Virus record (IMG/VR): IMGVR_UViG_3300042482_000462
Coordinates: 1-57,665 of that record
Direction: 5' to 3' (one strand)
Length of the DNA stretch: 57,665 nt
From: a virus
Taxonomy: Duplodnaviria; Caudoviricetes
How positions within the stretch are numbered: the stretch's first letter is position 1; each line of letters opens with the position of its first letter. This document shows, piece after piece, positions 25,176 to 37,400 of the stretch. The notes beneath the pieces were generated by a model. That model was not told the DNA's origin. It ran no database searches and was given only the letters and a program-made list of their open reading frames with translations. Position numbers and translations under genes: made by a program.

Positions 25176-27980
25176 ATGACGGTTCCGTTCGCGCCGCCAT
25201 GGGCGGTCAACCGGACGGCGCTTGACCGTCTGGCCGACATCCCAGACCTACAAGATGACAACTCCAACCTTGTGGACTGGGCGCGTTCGGTGCGCGAGGC
25301 GCTGCAAACGCTTCGCGGCCAGCGTGGGGATGTTCTAGACCGGGCGATCACAGCGCGCACAGCAATCGAGCTTGGCCTGGTGGATAACCTTGGCCGGGCG
25401 CGAACTGGGGACGTGACCTACGTCACAAACCCGCCCGGCGCCCCCGGGCCTGGCACGCCACCGGATCTGACCCCGCCGCCGACAGCGACCGGGTTGGTGG
25501 TGACGGCTGGCATCAGCCACCTGTTTGTGTCGCACGATACGCCCGTCTACACAACTGGCGCGGGCCACGACAGAACCGTGGTCTACGGGGCAAAGTGGCC
25601 ATTGTCAACGCCAACGGCCCCGACGTTTGCCGCTGCTGTGCCCTTGTTCCAGTTCACGGGCACATTTGGAGCCTACCCGGTTGACCCGGCGACACGCTGG
25701 TGCATCTGGATCAAGTGGCAGTCCATTGACGGGGTGTTGTCGGTCAGCCCGGCCGGCGGAACAAACGGCGTCCAGGCAACTACTGGTCAGGATGTCAGGC
25801 TGTTGCTGGACGCATTGACCGCGGCGGCCGAAGACCCGCTATCCCCGTACAGCAAGCTCACGCTACGCGGCGACCTGATAAGCGTTGCAGACAACGACGG
25901 CAACGCCACGGACCTGTTCAATATCGTCACGACGCCGATCACGCAAAACGGCGTGACAGTCCCCACTGGCGTCTACATGGCAAACGCCATGATTGCCAAC
26001 GGCACGATCACCAATGCCATGATTGGCAACGCGATGATTGACGACGCCAAGATCGCAACGCTGTCGGCCGCGAAGTTCACAGGCGGCGAGATGCGGGTCG
26101 GTTCGTTTCTTGAGAGCACGAACTACACATCAGGCACAAACGGCGACGGTTTCAGGCTCAACGCGGACGGCACTGCGGAGTTGCAAGCGGCCTACATCCG
26201 TGGCGCGCTCACAGCAGGACAGATCAACAGCCGCGGGCTGACGATTCTGGATCCGTCTGGTGCTGTGCTTCTGAATGCCGGGGCTTCGCCCAGCATCGCC
26301 CCAGGCATCGTCATCGGCGGGACGGGTGGAACAACCATTGGCGACTTGACCGCCGCCACCAGCGCCCCGCCGATGGTCACACTGACGGCCACGGCGCAGA
26401 TCTTTGTCCACAAAAGCGGCCTGCCCGTGTCGCCGGCAACCATAACGGTGACCGCCACGGCAAAGAACATCCCATCGACGGCCTATACATGGTCGATTGA
26501 TGGTGTTGTTGTGCCTGGCGAAACCGGACCGACACTGACCGTGCAGCCGTTTCCAACCACGGCACCTGCTTATCGAGCTGTCCGGTGCGATGCGAGCGGC
26601 GGCGCAGTGTCTGCATTCGATGTCATCACGCTGTACGCACTGCAAGAAGGCGGGGAGTCATACAACGCGGGCCTTGACCCGGAAAACGCCTTCATCGTTA
26701 CAAACTCCACCGGGTTTGTGGATGGCGGGCAGTTGCCCATCACGTCGCGGCTTGTCATGGCGCGTGGTGCTGAGTTGCTGTCAACTGGAGTGACCTACTC
26801 AGTTGTTGCTGGGTCGAACATCGGGTTTGTGTCGCCAACGATTGACGCCAACACCGGCCAGATTGTCATCCCAGGCATCAACACAGACGTGGCTCAAGTG
26901 GTGTTCCGTGCGACCACTGGCCCGGGTGGGTCAATCACCAGAGACGCGATTTTCAGGGGCTACAAGATACGCCGCGGCGCGGACGGGACAGCAGTTCCTG
27001 GCCCGCCTGGCGCTCGTGGAACTGTGAAACGTTACCTGTCAGGCTACAGCGCGTGGAGCAACGCAGCGGCAACCGCTTCAGTTCCTGATGGGATTCCCAT
27101 CGTTGGCGACGAGGTGGTTCAGTACAACAACACAAACTTTGCCGAGACACGGGTGTGGAATGGTTCGTGGAACCTGCCTGGTGTCGTGATTGACGGGTCG
27201 CTGCTGGTGCGCAAGACCGTCACGGCGTCTGCCATCGACGTCATCAGTCTGGCGGCACTTTCGGCTGACCTTGGTACGGTCACGGCCGGAAACATCACCG
27301 GAACAGCGAACATTGACATTGCAGGGTCAGGGCGGATAAGGGGCACCACGCCCATCGGATTGACTGACCCGCTAACCCCATTCGGCGGCATCACAACGTG
27401 TTCGTTTGTGGGCAACGAAAGCGGCACGGCAATGGTCGGCGTGGTCGGCATGACATCAGCGGCGAACTTTGGCGCAGGTGTGTACGGCTACAGCAGCTCA
27501 TTCGGCAGCCCAGCAACAATTTCGTACAACGCTGCTTCAGCCATTGGGGGTAAAGCGCTGCGAGCAGTCTCAGACAACGGCACAGCAGTTGAGGCTCGCG
27601 GTAGGTTTTACGGTGTTGAGGGCTCAGCCTGGGCCGTCAACGGTGTCGGTGTTGCTGGCACCGCTGCAAGTACCGGTGGCAGCGGCATATACGGTGAAGC
27701 AGGGCACCCGGGCGGGTTTGGTGTCTATGCCAGAAACATCGCCGGGGGCACAGCGCTGCTTGCGCAAGGCGCGACAGACCTGCAAGGCCCTGTCATCGCC
27801 CGTTCTACAGTTTCCGTGAGCATGGCCCCAAACGCTGCCGCAGCACTTGTGTTGCCGGTAGTGACGGGGGCATTCCCGCCGCCAATCTATGGCGGTGTCG
27901 CTTTGCACAACGTTTACGGCATCATCTTGAGTGAAGGAACGGGCTGGTTCAAGTTCAACGTTGGGCTCACGCCTGTGTGA
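25176..27980 (+). CDS. Tail fibre/tip protein (DUF1983-like segment, Gly-rich beta C-terminus)
   Basis: VYMANAMIANGTITNAMIGNAMIDDAKIATLSAAK; GVYG/GVEG/GIYG repeats near the C-terminus. Confidence 0.82.
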   Translation: MTVPFAPPWAVNRTALDRLADIPDLQDDNSNLVDWARSVREALQTLRGQRGDVLDRAITARTAIELGLVDNLGRARTGDVTYVTNPPGAPGPGTPPDLTPPPTATGLVVTAGISHLFVSHDTPVYTTGAGHDRTVVYGAKWPLSTPTAPTFAAAVPLFQFTGTFGAYPVDPATRWCIWIKWQSIDGVLSVSPAGGTNGVQATTGQDVRLLLDALTAAAEDPLSPYSKLTLRGDLISVADNDGNATDLFNIVTTPITQNGVTVPTGVYMANAMIANGTITNAMIGNAMIDDAKIATLSAAKFTGGEMRVGSFLESTNYTSGTNGDGFRLNADGTAELQAAYIRGALTAGQINSRGLTILDPSGAVLLNAGASPSIAPGIVIGGTGGTTIGDLTAATSAPPMVTLTATAQIFVHKSGLPVSPATITVTATAKNIPSTAYTWSIDGVVVPGETGPTLTVQPFPTTAPAYRAVRCDASGGAVSAFDVITLYALQEGGESYNAGLDPENAFIVTNSTGFVDGGQLPITSRLVMARGAELLSTGVTYSVVAGSNIGFVSPTIDANTGQIVIPGINTDVAQVVFRATTGPGGSITRDAIFRGYKIRRGADGTAVPGPPGARGTVKRYLSGYSAWSNAAATASVPDGIPIVGDEVVQYNNTNFAETRVWNGSWNLPGVVIDGSLLVRKTVTASAIDVISLAALSADLGTVTAGNITGTANIDIAGSGRIRGTTPIGLTDPLTPFGGITTCSFVGNESGTAMVGVVGMTSAANFGAGVYGYSSSFGSPATISYNAASAIGGKALRAVSDNGTAVEARGRFYGVEGSAWAVNGVGVAGTAASTGGSGIYGEAGHPGGFGVYARNIAGGTALLAQGATDLQGPVIARSTVSVSMAPNAAAALVLPVVTGAFPPPIYGGVALHNVYGIILSEGTGWFKFNVGLTPV

Positions 27981-28009
27981 GTTGACGGTATCGCCTGCGG
28001 GTGTAAGGT
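27977..28009 (+). promoter_or_regulatory. Candidate late promoter, GTGAGTTGAC copy 2 (TTGACG-16-TAAGGT)
   Basis: Intergenic, upstream of the ejection-protein genes. Confidence 0.55.
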
Positions 28010-28051
28010 GCGCCACACGCCCGCCGTGGGTGCTTTATTGCCTGAAACGCC

Positions 28052-29998
28052 ATGCCATCAAACGCCGCCGCCATTGCATCGCAGGGAATTGAAGACCCTT
28101 ACGCTCCCATCCGGCGCCTTCGCGTAAACCGCCAGACCGGCCGCCAGCAACTGATCGAGCGCGGCGAAGGCGGCAGTTCAGTCCCAGAGTACGAAGCGCT
28201 GCCCGACCAGTTGATGCTGGCCGACGACACCATTGCGAACATGGGTCAGTTCCAGAGCAAGTACAACGGGCTGACAGAACTGCCCGATGGTCGGGTTCAG
28301 ATGACCGTACAGCGCCCCGGGATGCACAAGTACGACACGCAGGAGTTGGTCTACAAAGTGGACCCGGCGACTGGCGAATACGTGCTTGATGATTCTGTTG
28401 CCCCGGTGGATTCGCGGCAGACCAGCAGCAACAACCGCATCCGCGACGGCCTTGAACATGGCATCGGGTTTGTTGGCACCGGGTTGGCGGCGGCCTACGG
28501 TGGCGCGCAATTGATGGGCCTGAATGCTGCAGGTGGGGCTGGTGCGGCCGGCGCTGCCGGTGGCGCTGCTGAAGGCATCGGAACGCTTGGCACCATTGCA
28601 GCAAGCCCCGCGACGGCGGCGGTAGCGCCACTGTCGGCTACTGGCGCAGCTACTGGCATCGGTGCGTTGCCCAGCATTCCAGCCCTCGGCACGGTGGGCA
28701 CAGGTATCGGCACCTTGGGCGCCATCGGCCAGGGCGCTTCTGCTGGGGGCGCTGCGGCAGGCAGTGCCGGCACAACTGCAGCCGGTGGTACGGCGGCTAC
28801 TGCTGGCGGCGGCAGTTTGTTGAGCCGCGCTGGCGATGCAGTAACCAGCGCAGTCACCAACGCACGTCCGGCAGATTGGGTTCAGTTGGCAACCGCTGGC
28901 GCGGGCGCAGTCCTGGCCAACAACGCCCAGAACGACGCAAACGCCGCGGCAACCAGAACAGCCGACGACGCAGCTGCAGCGCGGGCCTTCACAGAGCGGC
29001 AGTACAACGACAACCTGCCGTATGTGCGCCAGGCCCAAGAGCGCAGCATCCAGGTGGCCGACGCGCAACTGGCCTCTATGCGTCAGCAAGACGAGCTCGC
29101 ACGAGAGTACGCGGACTACAACCGCACCACGTTCCGCCCGCTTGAGCAGGGGATTGTCAGAAGCGCGCAGGAATACGACACACCCGAAAAGCGCCAAGCC
29201 GCGGCCGGAACAGCGCTTGCGGACGTTGATATGCGCTTTGCTGCCCAGAACCAAGCAGCGGCACGCCAGATGGCCGCCAACGGCGTCAACCCGGGCAGCG
29301 CGCGGTCCATGGCTGTCATGGGCAGTCAAGGTGTCGAGCAGGCCCGTGCAGGTGCAGGCGCTGCAGCACAAGCACGCAAAGGCGTGGAAACCACCGGGTT
29401 CGCACGGCAGATGGACGCCGCAAGCCTGGGCCGCAACCTGCCAAGCTCACAGGCCACCAGCGCAAGCCTGGGGATCAACGCCGGCAACAGCGCGGTGAAC
29501 GCAGGTCAAGCAGCGGCAAACGTGGCAATCCCAACGAACAGCCTTGCGCAGCAGGGGTTCAACGCAGCCAACAACCTGAATCTGGCGGCATCGAACCTGC
29601 AGCAGCGCGCCACGGACTCGTCCAATCAGCTATGGGGCCAACTTGGGCAGACCGCGGGGCGGTTCATCACGTCCGATGTAAACATGAAACAAGACATCGA
29701 GCCGGCTGATAGCGACGAAGCGCTGGAGCAGGTGACGTCAACCCCGGTCAGCAATTTCCGCTACAACCCGGCCAAGATGGCGCAGGCCGGCATCCCGATG
29801 GAGCGCCCGGCTGAAGAAGTCCAGACCGGACCCATGGCTCAGGACGTGAACGCGACCATGGGCGACAAGGCCGCACCTGGCGGAAAGAAAATCAACGTCG
29901 CCACGCTTCTGGGCAAGGCCATGCTGTCTATCCAGGCGCTGGACAAGAAGGTGGACGCGCTCACGCAGCAAGTGGGCGGCAAAGGAGCATACGCATGA
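28052..29998 (+). CDS. Putative DNA ejection protein with C-terminal peptidase S74-type chaperone domain
   Basis: Gly/Ala-rich hydrophobic region, GVNPGSAR motif, TSDVNMKQDI..FRY..GPMAQD from 29669. Confidence 0.8.
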   Translation: MPSNAAAIASQGIEDPYAPIRRLRVNRQTGRQQLIERGEGGSSVPEYEALPDQLMLADDTIANMGQFQSKYNGLTELPDGRVQMTVQRPGMHKYDTQELVYKVDPATGEYVLDDSVAPVDSRQTSSNNRIRDGLEHGIGFVGTGLAAAYGGAQLMGLNAAGGAGAAGAAGGAAEGIGTLGTIAASPATAAVAPLSATGAATGIGALPSIPALGTVGTGIGTLGAIGQGASAGGAAAGSAGTTAAGGTAATAGGGSLLSRAGDAVTSAVTNARPADWVQLATAGAGAVLANNAQNDANAAATRTADDAAAARAFTERQYNDNLPYVRQAQERSIQVADAQLASMRQQDELAREYADYNRTTFRPLEQGIVRSAQEYDTPEKRQAAAGTALADVDMRFAAQNQAAARQMAANGVNPGSARSMAVMGSQGVEQARAGAGAAAQARKGVETTGFARQMDAASLGRNLPSSQATSASLGINAGNSAVNAGQAAANVAIPTNSLAQQGFNAANNLNLAASNLQQRATDSSNQLWGQLGQTAGRFITSDVNMKQDIEPADSDEALEQVTSTPVSNFRYNPAKMAQAGIPMERPAEEVQTGPMAQDVNATMGDKAAPGGKKINVATLLGKAMLSIQALDKKVDALTQQVGGKGAYA

Positions 29999-31446
29999 GC
30001 GGAGCGGTTGCATTCCTGGCCGGGCTTGGCACCGGCTACCTGAACGAGCGCGACCGGAAAGACGAGCGCTTTCGTCTGGATGAGCGTGAGCGCCGGGAAA
30101 TCGAGCGCGAAAGCAGGCGGATGGCCCGCGAAGACACGGCCGACGCTCGCGCCACCGAGAACTACAACTTCCAGCTGGGCGAACGGCAGCGTGCCGTTGA
30201 ACAGCGCACGGCCCTGGAGCGTGCAGCCACGCCAGATGCTGTCACAAGCGGTGAGGTGTATCAGCCTGCGGTTGACGACGAGGGCAATTCGATGCCTGCC
30301 AACCCAACGATTGGCACGGCAAAGGTTGGTGCAAGCCGGTTTGCGTCGCAGGGTTTGGCGCAGGAAGCCGCATTGCAGCAGGCCAACCAGCGCGTGCAGC
30401 AGTTCATGGACGTGCAAGACCCGGCCGGACGCCAGAGGCGGCAGACCGAGGCCACCCAGGCGAAAGCAGCGCAGGTTCAACTGAGCGCGGCAGAGGCGCA
30501 ACTGAAGGAAAACGCCAGGAAGGCCATGAACGAGGGGGTGTTGGAAGCCCTGCAAGCGGCGGCGGGGGGTGCGTCACCTGAGCAGGTCAAGGCAATCTAC
30601 AACCGCAACGGCGACAACCGCGTGGTGGACCTTCAGATCGAGCCATTCGAGTTCGACCACCCAACCCTTGGCAAGCAGCGCAGTGCGCGCATCGTGGGCA
30701 AGTTTGAAAACGGTGCACCGCTGCAAGTGCAGGACGCTTTTGCTTCTGCGCTGGACCTGTTCGGAGCGGCCAAGAAGTTTGACCTGTTGGGCCAGTGGGC
30801 CAGGGACAAGGCGGCCAAGGACGACCGCAAGGAAGACAACGTGCTGGCCCGTGATCGGTTCAACCAACAGATGGACCTGCAGAAGCAGGGCATCCAGGCC
30901 CAGCGCGCACAACTTGGCATGCAGATGCAGGCCTTCCGTGCGCAGCAGAAAGCCGCAGAAGCCGACGCTCGCATCCCGCCAGCGGTGAAGATGCAACACC
31001 AGATGATGGGCGAAGAACTGAAGCAGATCGGCGCCGCAATCACCAAGGCCATGGCCGAGGACACCTACAAGGCCGACTCGCAAAATTCGCAGATGCTGAT
31101 GCTGCGCCAACGCGAACTGACCACGAAAGCCAGCCAACTGCTGGCACCGTACCTGAGCGGCGGGTCGGCACCTGCTGCAGCAAGCGGCGGCGACCCGCTG
31201 GGGCTATTCAAACCGCCGCCACAAGCGGCGCAGACAGCACGTCAAGCCGCACCGCCTGGCGCAGCGCGCATGGCCGCAGCCGGCGTGCCGCAGCCTATCC
31301 TGCCGCAGCAACTGGCCATGTTCGACAAGATGCCAGACGCTGAATTGCAGGCCTACGTGAAGGCTGGAAACCAGATCGCCGCAGAAGTGGCTCGCCGCCG
31401 CGCTGCTGTGCAGGTGCAAGTCCCTGTCGGCATGGTTCAGGACTGA
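29995..31446 (+). CDS. Putative DNA ejection (internal virion) protein
   Basis: FLAGLGTGY N-terminus, Gln/Ala-rich coiled coils, position. Confidence 0.75.
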   Translation: MSGAVAFLAGLGTGYLNERDRKDERFRLDERERREIERESRRMAREDTADARATENYNFQLGERQRAVEQRTALERAATPDAVTSGEVYQPAVDDEGNSMPANPTIGTAKVGASRFASQGLAQEAALQQANQRVQQFMDVQDPAGRQRRQTEATQAKAAQVQLSAAEAQLKENARKAMNEGVLEALQAAAGGASPEQVKAIYNRNGDNRVVDLQIEPFEFDHPTLGKQRSARIVGKFENGAPLQVQDAFASALDLFGAAKKFDLLGQWARDKAAKDDRKEDNVLARDRFNQQMDLQKQGIQAQRAQLGMQMQAFRAQQKAAEADARIPPAVKMQHQMMGEELKQIGAAITKAMAEDTYKADSQNSQMLMLRQRELTTKASQLLAPYLSGGSAPAAASGGDPLGLFKPPPQAAQTARQAAPPGAARMAAAGVPQPILPQQLAMFDKMPDAELQAYVKAGNQIAAEVARRRAAVQVQVPVGMVQD

Positions 31447-31455
31447 AGACACAGC

Positions 31456-34400
31456 ATGCCAACACTTCAAGAACTGCGCACCAGCATTCCAGAGCTTACC
31501 GGCCTGGACGACAGCACCGCCGTCGAGTACATCCGGCGCATTCACTACCCTGACCGGACAGCCGCAGAAATCGGCTCACGGCTGGGCGTGAAGCCGGCTG
31601 CGCCTTCCGTGAAGCCGCGCAGTATCCCGGCCGCCGTCAACGACACGGTGATCGACTTCAGCAACGCCGTTGCCGGTGGTGTCGCGTCCATCGGCAACTT
31701 TGTGTCGCCCGGCAACCGGGTTTCCAAGTTCATTCAGGACGACATCATCCAGGCTGGCCGGGCAAACCAGTCCGATGCCACCCAGGCAGAAGATGCCCGC
31801 TACGGCCAGGAAATGGAAGCCGCGCAGGGCATTGGCGACGAGGTTGCATCGACGCTTGGCTACGTGGCGCGCAATCCAATCCGGTCGCTGGCCACCGCCG
31901 CAGGTTCGTTCGTCGGCCCTGCTGCCGGCGTCAAGGCCGCACAGTTGGCTGCGCGCGGTGTCGGCGTGTCTGCTGGCGGCGTTGGTGCTGCGCGTGCAGG
32001 CATGGCCGGTGGTGCGTTGACCGGTGCAGCCCTGGCCGGTGGTGACGCTGGCGGAACGGCTTACGACCTGGTGATAAAGGCGGGCGGCACGCCTGAGCAG
32101 GCCACAGAAGCGGCCCGCAACGCATCCGTGATCCCGGCTGCCGTTGGTGGCGTGGGCGGCATGGTTGGTGCCGAACGTCTGCTGGCTGGCGCCAAAGGCT
32201 TCAGCGGCGGCAGGTTGGCGCAGATCGGCAAGACAGCAGCCGTGGAAGGCGGGCAAGAGTTCATTGAGGAAGGCGTCACCCAGTACGAAGGCCGGCGCGC
32301 TGCGATGCCGTATGACCCAACCATCGACCCCATGAAGGGTGTGGCAGGCGCCGCAACGATGGGCGCTGTGTTGGGTGCTGCTACAGGTGGTGCGATGGCA
32401 GCGCTGAAGCCGCAGGTTCCAGAGCTTGGCCCGTTGAGCCGTGCGGCAAACATCGCACCAGACACAACGCCAGAACCGCCGCCGCCACCCGTACCGCTGA
32501 CGCCAGAGCAGGACGCAACGCTCAAGGCCCACGCCAACGCCCGCAACGCCGAGTTGACCGAAAAGGCCAAGGGCACCAAGGACGTGAAAACGCCAGAGGG
32601 CACGATCCCTGGCAAGCAGCCCGAGTTTCTGACGCCTGCAGAGAAGGAAGAACAGGCATTCCTGCAGCAGAACGGCGGCGACACTCAGGCGCTGGCCAAG
32701 GCTTACCCTGGACTGACCGCAGAGCAAGAGCAGCGGGCGCTCGCCAACATTCAAGACTTCGCCAACGAAGGCCAGGACCGGATGCGCACGTTCGCGCCCG
32801 CGCCGCAGCCGGCCCCGCCGCGCCAGCCGGCAACGGTCATCAGGGCAGAGCCTGAGCCGCGCCCACAGCCGCCGTCATTCGAGCCTGACCTGACCACACC
32901 GGCAGCGATCTATGAATCGCTGAACGAGATCGAGCAGCGCAACGACCAGACGCGCCGCATGTATGCGCAGCAGCCAGGTGACCGGCTGAACAAGCAAGGA
33001 AAGCCGTTCAGCAACAAGGCCGCGGCGAAGATCGACCAGAAGAAGGCCGGCGACGGGTTTGCGATTGTTCCAGCCGACAATGGTTTTGTGGTGCGTCCGG
33101 TGGTGGGCGTATCTGCGGAAATTCCGCAGATGGACGCAGACCTGCCGACGCTGAAGAAAGCATGGAGCGACGCCGCAGCGGCCGGGCGCACCGAAGACGC
33201 CAAGGTCATCAACGACCGCATCCTGGCACTGAAGGCTCCAAAAAATGCACCAGAACGGCAAGCACCAGCCCAAGCCGAAGGAACTCAAGCGCCAGCGCCG
33301 GCAGCAGTTGCAGGAGCGGCAGCACCAGAAGCCGATTTTTCCGCAACCGGACAGCCTGCCGTTCAAGCGGGAGGGGTAGATCAGAAAGCGCGCTGGTTGA
33401 AGAACGTCGCCGACAGCAACAGACTGGCAGGCCCCACGGGCGCGCAGATCACCGGTATCGAGAACGGTCGGCTCAACTATGCAGGCGACCCGCGCACAAG
33501 CAAGCAGGGCAAGTCTCTGATAGCCAGCGTGGACGAGGCGCTCAAGGCTGGCGCCACGCTTGCGGAGATTGCGCAGGCAGCGGCACCCAAGCCTACTTCC
33601 ACCAATGCCGCGGCCCCGAAAGTACAACCCCCCGCGCAAGTCGCCGGGGATCGGGTAGCCGCGGCGCCACGTCAAGGACAGGTTGGCGACAAGTTTGCGG
33701 CCGGCGAGGTGGCGCTGACGGCCAGCGGGCGAACCACAACGCCATTTCCAAAGGTCGCGCTGGACACAAATCGCAAGGCAGCGGCCACCATCAAGGCCGT
33801 TGACCAGTGGCTGATGTCGAACGCGCTGGCTGAGGCCGAGTCGCGTGGTGACGATTTCAACGCCAGACAGTTTCGAGCGAATCAGACCAAGCCGCAGCAG
33901 GCAGACAAGGACAGCGCCGAGGAATACCTTTTTGGCGATCAGCCGCGCGTGCTGCCGTCCATTACCAGGCCGCTGATTTCAACCGCTGCCGCCCCACCCC
34001 CACAAGCACAACCCGCTGCCACAGCAGTGGCCCGCCCAAACCGCCGCACCAAGGCCGTGGAAGCCAAGGCAAAAGAGGCAGAGTCCAAGCGCGCGGACTA
34101 CTTCAGCCCAGGAAACATCGTCAAGAGCTTTGGCGGCCACGACGAGGTTTTGTCCTACACGCCCACCGCTGGTGGCGGGTTCACCGTCAAGGTGCATGAG
34201 GTCAAGAAGAACGACCAAGGCGAGTGGGTTCGACTTGGCAAACCGCAGGACGCCCGCCAGCACGCCACCAACCCCGATGCACGCGAACTGGCAGCCGGCC
34301 CCGTTGCAAGGCTGAACCCGCAGCCGGGCGCCGAGGTTAAGTACAGCGAGCCACGGGCAGATGGGGCGCCGTTCCAAAACGCCCCAGGCCGTGGCAGGGC

Positions 34401-37400
34401 ACCAGTACAGGACCAGGCCAATCCCGCTGCACCAGAGCCCGCACCCAAGACGCTGAAAGAGCGCCGGGAGCAGGCCAAGGCAACGCCAGGACGCAACGGC
34501 CCGAACGTCATCATCAACCGCCTGGGCCCGGATGGGCTGACCGACGCCGAGCGCGCGGCAGGCAAGAAGCCGTACAACGACCCGCCAGCGCCACCTGCTG
34601 ACGACAAGACAGTCAAGAGTTTGTTTGGAAACGCCCCTCTCAAGGGAGCATCCGGCAAGATGGATACTCTGGGTGGCTTCTCTGCCGGCGACCGCGTGAA
34701 GGTCAGTGGCCGCACCATCGGCGACTCGACCGTCGAGTTCCTGTTTACGCGCGACATGGCAGGGTTCAGTGAGCCAGGCCAGATGGCGCAAATTGTGAAT
34801 GCCGACGGCAAAAGGCTTCAGGTGCTCACGTCTGAGTTGCAGCGCATCGACGCCGCGCCCGACCTGCAGACCAGCGTGGCAGTGCGGGAACTGGCTGCAC
34901 GCGCAGCGGCATTGCAGACCCCACCGGCCGCGGCACCGGCCCCGAGCGCCAACACCGTCTTCACCGAAGACGCCGCCGCAGCCGCCCGTGCCCGCCTGAA
35001 GGCCAAGCTGGGCCGCCTGAGTTCCGGCATCGACCCCGAGACGATGATGGACGGCATCACGCTGGCCGGCTACCACGTCGAGAAGGGCGCCCGCACGTTT
35101 GCCGCCTACGCCCGCGCGATGGTCGACGACCTGGGCGATGCGGTGAAGCCGTACCTTCAATCCTGGTACATGGCCTTGCGCGCCGACCCGAAGGCAGCCG
35201 CTTTCAAGGCCGACATGGACAAGGCCAGCGCCATTGAAGATCTGACGCCCCCCCAGATTGAAGCGCTGCTGGCGCCAAATGACGCCAACCAGACGGCTCA
35301 AAAAGCGCAGAATGAGGCGCCAAAGGAGAACCCAGATGATTCCCCCACTTCAGGATCTGCGCCTGCGGTCAATCAGCCGCTGGCTCAAAGACCAGAGCCC
35401 AGCACTGCCCGCCGCGGTGCTCAACAGCCGCGCAAGCGAGCTGGACGAGCAGATGATCGAGTCGTTCGAGGAACGGGAGGACTCGTTGAAAGCGCAGCGG
35501 ATGAAGGAGCGCCGCTGGGGGACGGAGGAAAGCCTGACACGGTTCCCGCTGGAGCGGATGGAACTGTGGCAGGAGGTGTGCAGCGAGTTCCTACCCGTGA
35601 CTTCCGACCAGCCGCAGGAGACCTGAAGCGCGAGGGTTCGTGGTTTGCCACGGCTGCACGCAACATTGACCTGATTGAACTGGCTCTGCGCATCCAGGCC
35701 GAAAAGCGAGTGGCCACGCCGCAGGAACAGGCTCAACTTGCGAAGTACGTGGGCTTTGGCGCCAGCGAGATCAGGAACAACCTGTTCCCGGTGCCGTCGC
35801 AGTGGGCCCGCCAGCAAGACCCCAAGCGCCTGATCTGGCCAGACTTGGTGCGTGAAGCGCGCTGGAAGCCGCTGGCCGAGCGCATGGCCGCGTTGCCAGA
35901 AGAGTGGCAGCGTTCGGTGCTTCAGTCAACGCAGTATGCCCACTACACCAGCGAAGGCGTGATCCGTTCCGTGTGGAGCGGCCTGCAGCGCCTGGGCTTT
36001 ACCGGCGGCAAGGTGCTGGAGCCAGGCATGGGCATCGGCAGCTTCAACATGCTGATGCCAGACACGGTGCACGCCACCAGCCGTTACACCGGTGTGGAGT
36101 TCGACGGACCGACCGCGCTGATTGCGCAGATGCTGTCTCCCGACCAGAACATGCTGCACGAGGACTTCATCAAGCGGAAGTTCCCGCGTGACTTCTTCGA
36201 CCTGGCGGTAGGCAACCCGCCTTTCTCGCAGACCAAGATTCTTGGCGACCCGGACTACGAAAAGTTTGGGTTCATGCTTCACGACTTCTTCTTTGCCAAG
36301 AGCCTGGATCGCGTGCGGCCAGGTGGCCTGCTGGTGTTTGTCACCAGCAAGGGCACGATGGACAAGCAAAGCGACAAGGCCCGGAAGTATCTGGCCGAGC
36401 GCGCCGACTTGCTGGGCGCCATCCGGCTGCCGTCTACCGCCTTTGAGGACAACGCCGGCACCAGCGTTGTCACCGACGTTCTGTTCCTGCGCAAGCGCGC
36501 CCCTGGCCAGGAGCCGGCAGGCCCGGCGTGGACCGGCGTGCAAACCATCGACACCAAGGATGGCCCCGTCGTAGTGAACGAGTATTTTGCGGCGAACCCC
36601 GGTATGGTGCTGGGCGAGCAGCGCATCAACGGCAACGTGGACGACTTCGGCCGGCGCATCAACAGCAATGGCATGGGCGGCGCCAAGTACACGGTGGTGA
36701 GCTACGACTCCACGCCTGAGCAACTGGACGAGCGTTTTGCCAAAGCCATCGAAAGCCTGCCAGAAAACGTGTATTCGCCCCTGAGCGCCAACAGCGAGCA
36801 GGTGAAGCGCGAAACGGCCAAGGTGGACTTTGACCCGTCGATCAAGCGCGAGGGTGTTGTGTACCTTGGCGCCGACGGCAAGCTGCGCCGCGTGCAGAGC
36901 GGTGTTGGCGTGGCCCTGGCCGATGGCATGAAGTTGTCGGCCAAAGACGAAGCCTGGTTCAAGGGGTACGTGGGTGTGCGCGACATGGTGCAGGCCGCAC
37001 GGCTTGCCCAGGTGCAGGACGGCGATTGGGAGAAGGCGCTGAAGGCGCTAAACAAGGCTTACGACGCATTCCGCAAAGAACACGGCCCAATCAACGACTT
37101 CCGCACGCAGACCCGCCGCGGCACCGACGAAGAAGGCAACGAGGTCACGACCGAGATCCGCATCTTCAAGAACCGGCGCCTGTTCCGCGAAGACTACGAC
37201 AGCGCCGTCATGACGCAACTGGAGGTCATCAACGAAACCGGCGAGATCATCAAAGCCCCGTTCCTGCTTGGCCGCACCATCGGCAAGCCTGTGGTGCGCG
37301 AGGTCAAGACCGTGGGTGACGCGCTGGCCGTGTCGTTGGATGAAACCGGTCGGCTGGACCTGGACGACATTGCGCGCCGCATGAGCTTGAGGCGCGACGA

